From NCBI GenBank assembly GCA_002709225.1, contig PAQH01000022.1, forward strand, positions 1,907-65,906: a stretch of 64,000 nt of DNA, written 5' to 3'. The notes below the pieces were generated by a model. That model was not told where the DNA came from, did no database searches, and saw nothing but the letters and a program-made list of their open reading frames with translations. The position numbers and the translations under genes were made by a program. Positions 1-12,000 of this stretch are shown one piece after another (position 1 is the stretch's first letter; every line of letters begins with the position of its first letter). The stretch comes from Planctomycetaceae bacterium (GTDB lineage: Bacteria > Planctomycetota > Planctomycetia > Pirellulales > Pirellulaceae).

Positions 1-1
1 C

Positions 2-3000
2 GCGTTTACCGAGGGGCAGACCTTCTCGGTGACGAGTGATACGGGTAGCGAGCAGGTGTTGGAGCTGGACAGTGGCTACCTGCTCCAGGTGCCGCAAACC
101 CTACTGATGCAGATCCCGGAAACGGGTGCTGCGGAGATCGGCAGCGATGACGGCGTCACCGATACTGAGCGGTTCATCGTTACCAATGGAATCGTTTCCA
201 AAGTCTTCGAATTCGACAACACGGGTCTGGTCAATGGGGCCAATGTGGCGATCAGCCTGTTGGATGCGTCTGGAGAACCCCGCAGCGCGGATGAGTTGGC
301 GGATGCAGTCATCGCAGCGCTCAACGGTGTGACGCCATCACTGGGGCTTTCCCCCAGCAATCTGGGTGGGGGGCGGATTCATTTGGGCAGCACGGCGGCC
401 AACTCGCTCGATACCACTTTGGCGCCGAGCCTGACGGTGGCCGGGATTGCCGGAGGCCTGGAAGACGGGGATGCCTTCGTTTTGAGCGACGGCACCAACG
501 ATCAGACGTTCCTGTTTGATGCGGATAACTCGGACGCTTCGACGGCGACCACGACCGTTATTGCCTTCGATCCCGGACAGACCCACGAGGAAATTGCCGA
601 GAACGTGGCCATTGCGATCACCGGCGCTGGGTTGGGTGTGGCTCCGATTCACCTCGCCGATGGGTTGGTTCATATTGGCGGCAGAGAGAATCACAGCCTG
701 GACACCGCCGGCGCTAATGGCAATCTCACACAGTCAGGTACCCCAGGTGCTCAATCTGCGGGCGCTGCCCCAGTCTTCTTCACGCCGTCCGCATCATTTG
801 GCGCCAGCCAGATTGCGGCGGCCATCGCGACCGCGATCAACGATGCCAATATCGGCGTGGACGCCAATGTTCAGGCTCCGCCTTTGGATGATTCCCGGAT
901 TGCCCTCGTTGGTGCGACTGCCGTTGATACCAACGGGCTGGCGGGCCTCAGTAACGGTCAGCTCGATTCTTGGGTGATCTCTTCGTCGATTGACGCGCAG
1001 TTTTTTCCGATCGACTTGCCCGGGGGTAATGACGATATCGGCCATCGTGAGATCCGGCCGGAAACCCACTTGTTGGGTACCATTAACCCGTTCTCGGCAC
1101 AGCCGTTGTTTCCCGCAGATACCGTGCCAGGCATTACGACCCAGACCTACAATTTCCAGGACGAATACGGTTTTGACCCGCAAGGGAACGTGCTGCTCAA
1201 CGCCATCACCGAAAACCAGAAGCAACGGGCACGTGAGATTTTTGAGCTCTACAGTGAGTACCTGGGAATCGATTTTATCGAGACCACCAATCTGGGTTTG
1301 ACAGTGGTGACAGGTGACATGCGGGCCCTCGATCCCGAGATCGAGACAGGGCCGGGTGGTGTTATTGGTTTGGCGGGTGGTGGCATTGCCATCATGGATA
1401 ACGCGGAAAACTGGGAAGACACGTTCGGTGCCGCGGATGTCGGTAGCGGCAAACTCAGTTGGTTTGATACGGCGATGCACGAAATCGGACATCTCCTGGG
1501 GCTGGGGCATACCTATGAACTGTCGCCGCAAACGGTCATGGGTGAAGAGCGGATCCTGGCGCTGGCACAGGCGGTCGAGCCGGTATTCCCCGGCGATCAC
1601 GACATCGTCCATGGTCAGCACCTGTTCCGCCCCGAGAGCAAGGACATCGATCTCTATGAGTTTGAGATTGCCGACTCGGGTTTACTTACCGTCGAGACCT
1701 TTGCGGAGCGGCTGGTAGATCCCAGCCTACTTGATAGTGCGATCACGATTTACCAGGAAGTGCGTAATGACCTGGGCGAGGTGACCGGCCACGAGCTGGT
1801 GGCCCGTAACGATGATTACTTCAGTGAAGACGCCTTTGTCGAGATCCAGTTGGAGCCGGGACGATATTTCGTGGGCGTGACCGCCAGCGGCAATACTAGT
1901 TACGACCCGGTGATTGAAGATACGGGTTGGGGCGGTACCAGTCAGGGTAACTACGAACTACGTCTTACGTTCCGCAAGGATGCTGACCGCAGTATCGTCG
2001 ATACGACGGGGCAAAGCCTGGACGGCGATAACAACGGTTTGGCAGGTGGAGTGCACAACTTCTGGTTCCGCAGCGAAGCGGCTGCGAACACGATCTACGT
2101 CGACAAGTCGAACCAGCCCGGACCCTTTGATCCGGCTCCTACTGGTGCGATCGACAACCCGCTCAATAACATTGCCGAGGCTTTGGATGCGGCCCAGCCG
2201 GGTGACATTGTCCGCATCGTGGGGAACGGTGGTGGCGACGGTTTGTTGGAGACCGCCGCGGACAACCTTTCGTATGACATTGGTTTCAGCCGCGTCGGGA
2301 ACAGTCCTCTGGTTGATGGCCATACTCTGGAGATTCCGGAAGGAGTCACAGTGATGGTCGACGAAGGGGCCGTCTTTAAGCTGCGTCGGGCGCGGGTCGG
2401 TGTGGGCAGTTCGTCTCCCACCATCGATCGCAGCGGTGCTGCGCTACAGGTGCTTGGCACACCTCGCCTGCTGGACGACCAGGGCGCCGTCATCCGTGAC
2501 GTGTCAACCGCGGTTGTGCCCGGCACGATATTTTTCACTTCGATTCACGATGCCGCCATCGGCGACGACGCCAATCCGGACATCCGACCGCCGGCACCTC
2601 AGGGAGGTGACTGGGGTGGCATCGAGTTCCGTAATGACATCGACCAGGCCGACGCCTCTCGTTTCCTGTATCAGGACGAAGGGATCTTCCTGAATCACGT
2701 GAACCATGCGCAATTCCAGTACGGGGGTGGCGAAGTGATTGTGGCGGGGGTCTCACAGGTGATCACGCCTTTGCATCTGACCGATGCGCGTCCCACGTTG
2801 GCGCATAACTTGATTCAGTTCAGCGCGCACGCGGCGCTTTCGATGAATCCTGACAGCAGCCTGGAATCCAACTTCCACGCCCCGCAAGATCAGCAAATAC
2901 CTTTCACGTCGGATTACTCTCGGGTTGGGCCGCAAATCAATGACAATCAGACGGTTGACAATTCGATCAACGGTCTGTTCGTTCGTGTGGTCACGCCGGC

Positions 3001-6000
3001 AGGTCAGGATCTCGAACGGTTGACGGTGCCCGGTCGTTGGGATGATACGGATGTGACCTATGTCGTGGCCGAAAATCTAGTCATCGAAGGGGCGCCCGGT
3101 GGTCCGCTGTTAGAAGAGGAAACACCTCCGACGGTCCTGGTCAAGCTGACCGGGCAGAACGGTGGCTCCTTGGCTGCCGGTATTTACGATTATCGCCTGA
3201 CCTATGTCGACGCAGCGGGCAACGAAAGCCCTCCCTCCGATCCGACACGCGAGGTCGAGGTAGGTTCGAATGGACAGGCGGCGGTGTTGCTGGAGAATCT
3301 TCCTCCGGCACCCGCCGGCTTTGTGGGACGACGCCTCTACCGCAGTACGGACAATCTGGCTGGACCATACGAGCTGGTCGATGAGATCAGTCCGGATCAA
3401 ACGACTTTCGCGGATGATGGCACCACCCGTGGCGGCGCCCTGGAAGTGGAAGCGAACCAGCTGCGGTCGCGTTTTGACGGTCGCTTGGCGATCGATCCAG
3501 GCACCACGGTCAAGCTCCAGAGTTCCCGTATTGAAGTCCAACTCGGCACGCAGTTGATTGCGGAGGGGATGGACGGGAACGAAGTGATTTTCACCGGCAT
3601 CAGTGATGATCGTTACGGAGCTGGTGGGTCCTTTAAGACAACCCCCGTTATTCTCGACCCCGCCCCGGGCCAATGGGGTGGTCTTTACCTGGGGCCGGCG
3701 AGCCGCGCCAGCCTGGACCACGTGGTCGTCGCCTACGCCGGCGGTTCCTCGAAAGTGGAGGGTACGTTCGCCGATTTCAACGCGATTGAGCTGCATCAGG
3801 CAGAAGCACGCATCGCTCATACACGCTTTGAAAACAACGCCATCGGCGTGGGTGGCCCGGCGCCGCCGGAGCGGATCGGGCGGGGAACGAATGCACCGGC
3901 TGTCGTCTTCATCCGCGATGCCCAACCCGTCTTGTGGAATAACGTGATTCAAGACAACGTCGCGCCCGCGATGTCCGTGGATGTGAACTCGCTGAATCAC
4001 CGACCAGTCCGTGACGGTGGGCGCGTGACGTACTTCCGTAACGCGGCGGCAGCTGATCCGTCGACGCCGATCGATGTCTTCGCCGGTTTCTCCGGAAACC
4101 AGGGTCCGTTGATTCGCGACAACCGTCTGGAGAACAACACCCTCAACGGCTTGCTCGTGCGTGGTGGGACCTTGACAACCGAGGGTGTGTGGGACGACAC
4201 CGACAACGTTCATATTGTGCTGGATGAAATTAATGTCCCGGATTTCCACACCTATGGTGGTTTACGGCTTACTAGCAACGCTGCGGAAAGCCTGGTGGTC
4301 AAGCTGGAAGGTGCCAATGCAGGCTTCACGGCGCTGGGGCGTCCTCTCGACATCGACGATCGCATTGGCGGTCGTGTGCAGATCGTGGGTCACCCGCGTG
4401 CACCGGTAGTGCTCACTGCACTGACCGATGACCTGGCCAGCGCGGGGTTGACGCCGCAGGGAGCTCCCAATTGGGACACCGACAACAATGGCAATATTTT
4501 TGAGGAAGTGGGGCCCCAGCCATTGCCGACGATCGGCGAGATCGACAATGGACTACTGATTGATAATGACACTTTGACCAGTGTCATCGGCCATTTTGAA
4601 GTGACCATTGATGATGGGGGGTCACACAACGTCGATGCGGATGGCATCTCCGCACAGGGCAACACCCAGTTGCTCGAGAACATCGATGCCATTTTTGAGT
4701 TTCTCAATTACGTCGATGTCGCGAATGGCGATGAGGTGTTGAACCTTTCGGATACGACGATCACGACAGCCGCTTATCTTGAAGATGATGATCTGGTGGT
4801 CAGTGAGGGTGAATTCGACGGCGAAAACGGTGTCGTCAGCTGGCGCGTCGAGTCCCACTTTGATGACGGTTTTCCCATTCTCTACAACACCGTGAGCTTC
4901 GAAAGCGATGCGGAGTTTGGCAATCTGCAATTCGTCAATTACCTCGACGAAGACGTGCAAGGTGTTTCAGACGACATTTTGTATCTGACCGGAACTCCTG
5001 GCGCCACGGATTTCCGTGCGTTTACGCTAGATGGTCCCGAACGGATCGGTTTCAGTCAGGGGGGGACGTACCTGCCGGGTGAGAATTTGGTCAACATGAC
5101 CTACGACGGTTGGGCGGCTGACGAGTTCGCGGACCTCCGGTCGGCGGTCGAAGACAGTTCTGCAACATTTTCCATCCCGGGCGACATTGATACCGACGAT
5201 TTACCCCTGTTTACCGATCCCGATCTGGGCGATGTCTACGGTCCCAACGACGTCACGACGGCGTTTGCCTGGACCGTGGACCCCGAGGCCACGACGGCGC
5301 GGATTGTCACATTCTTGGAACTGGTTCCGGAAGATCCCGGGAAATTAGTGATCCCAGGTGGCCAGTGGCGGAGCGTACGCCTGGAGGAGTTCTCCGGGGA
5401 TACGAACTTGGCGTCGGTGGTGGAATTGGAAGCGTCTGATTTGGAGTCCGGCCCGGACACGAATTCGACGCCTAATACGGCGCAGCGATTGGGTGCCCTC
5501 GCGCCGCACGACAAATCCGGTGATGATATCCTGCGACTTGGTTTTACCGTCTCCGGGACGGTCGCTAATCCTGGCGATATCGATGTCTATAGTTTCGAAG
5601 CCCAGGCGGGGACGGAAGTCTGGTTTGACATTGACGCAACCACGCACGCCCTCGATGTGGTAGTCGAGTTGTTGAATTCCGACGGGACTATTGTAGCGCA
5701 GTCGGATAACTCGTTGGATGAAGGAAACGGTGTCCTGTCCGTCTATGCGAATCCGGCAGAAATCCCTCTGAACCATGTCAACCCACTGCAGAAATCGGAG
5801 TTCCTGGGACGAGACCACTACTCGATCAATCCACGTGATGCCGGTTTTCGCGCGATCTTGCCCGGCACCCCTGGGAGTCCGAACACCTACCATGTACGGG
5901 TTCGCAGCAGCAACCTGCAGTCGGGTGACCCCACATCTAATCTCCGCGATGAGGCCCTGTTGAACAGTGGTTTGACATCGGGTGTATACCAGTTGCAATT

Positions 6001-9000
6001 GCGACTGCGCGAACTCGATCAGATCGCTGGCAGTTCCGTGCAATTTGCCGATATCCGGTACGCCACCAACGGTATCGAGGTTCTCGGGCAACCGATTCAC
6101 TCCCACTTGACCGGTGAAGTCGCGGAGAGCCCGTTGGGGAACGAGACGTTTGCGACTGCTCAGCAATTGGGCAATCTGCTGAATACCGACCGGGCCGCGT
6201 TGGGGGTGGCCGGCAATCTGGGTGACGGCGGTCTGGATGGAACCGACCCGGACATCTACCAGTTTGAGATCACCTACGATTCCATCCAGCAGTCGGGTTC
6301 TCACGCAGCCACGTTGCTGGACATCGATTATGCCGATGCTTTGGGTCTGCCGAATACGACGATCTCCGTCTATCGGGAAAACGAGGATGGCACGATTGAG
6401 TTTGTGCTCAGTGCCAAGGACTCCAATGTGGCGGACGACCAGCCTGGGCCGTTGGAAGGTGTCGACCTGGATGACTTGTCGCGTGGTAGTGCTGGTGTCC
6501 TCGATCCCACGCTGGGTACGGTTGAATTGCCGGTCGGTGTTTACTATGCCGTGGTCCATTCCGACCAGGTGATGCCGGCCGAGCTGGATCAATTTGACGC
6601 TGAAGCCCCTGTCAACTCTCTGCTGCGTCTGGAGCCGGTCAATTCCGTGGCCCGAATCGCGGAAGATCATATTGAGTCCAGCGGTGGCAGCACGGCGGCG
6701 GCACCCGAAGTCCCCGTTTTGTTTGGAGCGGATGCGGCAACGCCTTGGCACCTGGGCGATGTGACGCTCTACGTGGCTGCCACCGGCGGCTTCGGTTCGA
6801 CCGACGTGTGGGCGGTAGATCCCTTTACAGGTACGGCTGAGTATCGATTGAACGAAGAGCTGGATGGCAGCCGCAAGGATATTGCGACGGATGTCGGCGA
6901 CATTGCCATGCGGCCCTCGGTTGCCGATTTTGACTTGGGTGCGTTGATGGCTTTCGGGCACAACCTGGAAGTGGCGCCCGGTTGTAACATCAGCGATGAG
7001 AATTCGGATGACTACTTCCAGATCAGTACCGCTGATGGCACGCTTGCACAGATCGGCGAGACGGAGATCGAGACATTCGAATTCGACGCTGAAAATGACT
7101 CCGACAAGGTCAGTAACGAGTGTGATGGCAACGATATCGGTGACGGTCAGCACATGGAGGCATTGGCCTTTACGCAGGTCAACGGCGAGCTCTGGGGATT
7201 CGCTGTGGGTGGTCGGCCTGATTCGTTCCCCAATCGCCCGGGCGTGGATAGCCATCGCAACAACTTGTACTCCTTTGCACCCGGGCCCAATAACCTGGGC
7301 GATTTTGCGCCGGGCGAAGCGTTCCACGAATTACCGGAACGTGAATCTCCCAGCCGTTTCGTCGGTGCCGGTACGCAAATTGTTGAGCGTGGCACACTGG
7401 ACGCCGTGTCCGGAACGATTACGGGGATCGCGTTTGTCGGTGGGCAGATGTTCGGAGTTAGTAATCAGGGTGGTCTGTACCGGATTACCGGGTACACCGG
7501 TGCGGGCGCGCAGGCGACGCTGATCTCTACGATTACCAATAGCGGTGGCTTTGGTGGCGTGCGGTTTGAAGGTCTGGCTGTCGGTCCACCGACGGTCGAA
7601 GACGGTTTCTACTCGCGGATGCTGTTTGGCATCGATGACGGAGGTGAATTGTACGCGTTCAGTACCGCAGGGGTTCCCCAGGCGGTTTTTGTGGATGGCC
7701 AGACAAGTATCCAGACCGGTGTGGCGTTTGATATTCGTGGGATGGATTTCTCAACTTTGAATGAGAACCTGTGGCACGTCGAAGATTTCCGTGAAGCCGA
7801 TGCGGGGCACGGGATCAACGAGGCGTTTGACGGCAGCCGGGAAGCGGCAGCCGGCGACAACGCGTTGCATTTTGGTGCCACGCTGACTGACACGAATACC
7901 AACCCTGATGATTTCTATGATTATCCAGGTGGTGCTCACGGTTCGATTGTCAGTAACGTCTTCAGCCTGGCCGACTACAACGCCACCGATTTGCCGACGC
8001 TGTACTTCAACTATTTTGTAGATACCGAAGGCCAGAGCACTGCGCCCGGTTCGGGGACGACAGGCTCCGATCCGATGCTCGATGCCTTCCGCGTGTTTAT
8101 TGGCGGCGAAGATGGCCAGTGGGAAATGTTGGCGACGAATAATTCCTTTGCTTCGACGCCACCCGACGAGGACCCCACGGACGACGAATTACTCGACTTT
8201 GATACATTCCGCGTTCAGGAGGCCTTTGATACCGCGTCGTGGCGGCAGGTCCGCGTGGACCTCTCTCCCTACGCCAGCCGAGAGGATGATTTGCGGCTAA
8301 GGTTTGATTTCAGCACTGCCGGTTCGATGAATACGGGTGACGAAGATACTGCGGGTGAGGAGCTGGTCGCCGTGGATGCGATCCAGCTTCGTGACGGTGA
8401 TTCGTTTACGGTAGACGGCAGTTTCTTTGGTTTTGGTGGCGACCGGTTTGAGATCGAACTCGGATTCACGCTGGTCGTTTCCAGTGGGGCGGCCATCGAC
8501 GATGGTGAAACGGTGACGATCGATGGTGACGTGTTTGAGTTTGTCGAGAATGGTGCCCGCGATCCTCTACCGGGTAACATTGGCGTCGTCTTCAATGACA
8601 ACGAATCGCCTCAGACGGTGGCGTCGAATCTCGAACAAGCGATCAATGGCAATTTCAGCCCACCTCCCCAGGAGGTGGATCTGACGGTCGTTGAGCCAAA
8701 TGACACGATTGCGGATGCGACGAATACTGGACTGACGGGTGGCCCAGGACAATTTGTGAATGCCCCGATCCCCGGCTTGATTGGTGACAATCCAATCCTC
8801 ATCACCGAAGTGGGACGCGATGTCGACATGTTGCGACTCGATATGGGAACCGGTGATCGGGTGATCGTCGATATCGACAGTCCCGATGGCAGTGGATTGG
8901 ATTCGATACTGCGTCTGTTTGATGAGAATGGACTGGAGCTGGCTTTCAGCGATGATAACGAAGCTCCCGATGAAGAGGTCGGGACGTCGGATTCCTACAT

Positions 9001-12000
9001 CGATTTTGTGGCCCCGGTGGCCGGGACTTACTTTGTGGGTGTTAGCGGTGCCGGGAATGAAACCTACGATGCCAATGATGCGTCGACGGCGGTGAATGGT
9101 AGCACCGGCGAATACGATATCCGCATCACGGTGACCAACGAAGTGACTCGAGTCAATGGAAACCGAATTAACCTGCCCAGCAATAACGTCGTGATTGCCA
9201 GCGGTCCGGGGGTTGCGATCGATGGCCAACCGGGTACCAGTGGGATTGCGGTACCCCTCAATGCCACCATGGATCGACAGGAAGTGGCCGGAGTCATTCG
9301 CCAGGTGCTGGCGAATTTCTACGCGGGCGGAAACGTCCAGACCGTCAAGATGTTTGATGAGACGGTACGCGTGATTGGACACTCGGTGTCCGGAGTCCGT
9401 AGTTTATCGGGTGGAACTACCCTTGGCTTGACAAACCGTTTGCCGGGCGATGAGTACGGGGCTTTCAATTCGAACGTGCGTGGTCAGACCAATGCACATG
9501 AGGGAGTCTACATTGATGACATCGTAATCGGGTTGGCAGAGCGTGGCGAGATGGTGACGGGTCAGACCGGGCTGACGGACTTCTCAGCCAATCCCCGCTT
9601 CTCCGGCACGGATATCGTGGTAGGCGATTACCAGTTGGAAATCCGTCGGTCTGCGGAATATGGTGAGCCCGACGGAGACGCATTGGTACTCTACCGCAGT
9701 TTTCATACGAACGATCGGTTGGGGCAACAATTCTCGATCGAGGCGCCCTTTGGACACGAGGTCGCAGACGGGCAGACGTTCAGTCTGAGTGACGGAATCG
9801 ATACTCTGGTCTTTGAGTTCGACGATCAAGAGTTACCCGCCGGGCATCCGAATGCTGGTGTCACGCAAGGTCATGTACCGGTGCCGTTCGAGTCAAATGA
9901 CTTTGAAGAAAAGGCTGATACGAACGTCACGATGGCACACACCATTCGAGATGCCATCAACGGGGCGGACTCTCAAGCGGTCCTCGACGTCACCGCCAGT
10001 CTGAGTGACGGCCGAGTCACGGGTACCAGTTCTAATGCGCACCATATCAACATTTATGGCAATGTGATTGCCGACATGGGTCCGCTGGCGCTGAATCTGG
10101 TCCGCTACAATGACGTGGGTGACGTGAATCGGGAACGCGAGCAGGGACAAGTTTTGATTGATTCGAACCGCATCAGCTATTCGTCTGGGTTTGGTGTGGT
10201 GGTGGATGCCGACGACGCCCGGGACATTTCCGCGTTGGCGGAACTGGCTGGCAATTTGCCACACGCGCCGGCCGGCCGGAATCTCGCGGTACCGGGTGAC
10301 GCGCCTCCCAGCGTTGCCGATCGCCTGGTGCCAGGTGCTGTGATTTCCAACAACCTGATCTACAAGAATGCCGAGGGTGGGATTCACTTCAGTGGTGACG
10401 ATCATCAGGGTGGCGATCAGCAACCCGCTTCGGTTCCGTTTGGCCGCATTGTCAACAATACGCTAGTGGGTGTCGGTGATGAGAACATCGGCAACCAGGG
10501 AACGGGTATTCTGGTCACGGACTTTGCCAGTCCGACGATTCTCAATAATCTGATCAGCGACTTTGAGGTTGGGATCGATGTCGATAGCACTTCCGATAGT
10601 ACAGTGGTCGGTTATTCGTTGTTCCATCAGAACTCGCAGAATGCGGCGGGTGGTGAAGTCGGTGCCTTCGCGATTGAGCTGGACAGCGACAGCCCGTTGT
10701 TCGTGAATCAGACCGAGGATAACTACTACCTGGCAGACGGCGCGCAGGCAATCGATAGTTCGCTTGACTCACTGCGTGATCGGGCTGCGATGGACACGAT
10801 CAAAGAACCCTTGGGAATTGCTCCTTCACCGATTTTGGCGCCGAGCTTGGATGTGTTGGGACAGAAGCGGATTGATGACCCGGCCGTGGATACGCCGTTC
10901 GGCCAAGGGGCCAACGTGTTCAAGGATCGTGGAGCCGTTGATCGCGCAGATTTTGAAGGCCCGTCGGTGTTTCTCGTGAATCCACGAGACAACGATGCAT
11001 TGGGAACCGATACCGATAGTCGTGATACCTACATCGAAACCGCCGAAGTATTGGACCGGTTTGCGATCAAGTTCCTCGACGGTGTCGAGCCCAATGACCC
11101 GCAAGCGGGTACTGGTGTCGACGATGGAACCGTAGACCTCAGTAAAGTCACACTATTGCAGGAAGGGCGGCGTTTGACTGCTGGAGTCGATTACGTTTTC
11201 GAGTATGACTCCACCAGCGACATCATCTACCTCAATCCATTAGCCGGCATCTGGGAGCGGGCGACCAATTACGAGATTGTGCTCTCAAATCGAGACGGAC
11301 GTATCATCGTGGCACCCGCTGGCAACCAGGTTGACGATGGCCAGTCCTTTGACTTGGTTGACGACGGTGGCAACGCGGCGAACTTCGAGTACGAGAGTGG
11401 TTACGTGTTACAGGTGCCGCAGACGTTTACCTTGTCTGTACCACTGGCAGGTGCAGCGAGTGGCGGCATCACCGATGGTCAGACATTTTCTGCCGGATCG
11501 GGTGGTGCCACGACGACGTTCGAATTTGACTCCAATGACACGACCAGTGGTACCTCGCAGGTCATCCCGTTCGAGTCGGGTGATACCGCGACCGACCTGG
11601 CGAATTCGATTGTGTCGGCCCTCGACGAATCGGGTTTGGGTTTCACACCCCGCCATTTGGGTTTGGGCGTCGTGCATATGGGGAGCCAGTCGTTCCACAC
11701 TGCGAATACGGATGGCAGTGTCATAACGCTGCAGGGCCAGGCGGCAGGAGTCGCCAACGGTGACCTTTTGTCCATCGATGATTTCACTCAAGTCGTGACC
11801 TTCGAGTTTGACAGCGACGAGGAGATCGAAGAGGACAGCGGGCATGTTCCCTTCCCGTTCACATTTGATCAGACGCATGAAGAGATCGCGGCGCTACTGG
11901 TTACTGCAATGTCGGATGCGGATGTGGCGTTGAGCCCCATTGACCTGGGTGAGGGTACCGTTCACGTGCGGGGTCTGAGCCTGTCCGGCGGCGCTCCGTT

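Noticed and set aside
5345-7327. 660-aa antisense ORF inside the giant gene. Other long antisense or off-frame ORFs are similar, for example 3110..4249, 794..1621, 8567..9382 and 9893..10423.
   Set aside because: They lie entirely within a continuous 13.7-kb sense ORF that has recognisable domains. Their translations are Arg/Gln/Val-rich with no motifs. This is typical of shadow ORFs on the opposite strand of GC-rich coding sequence.
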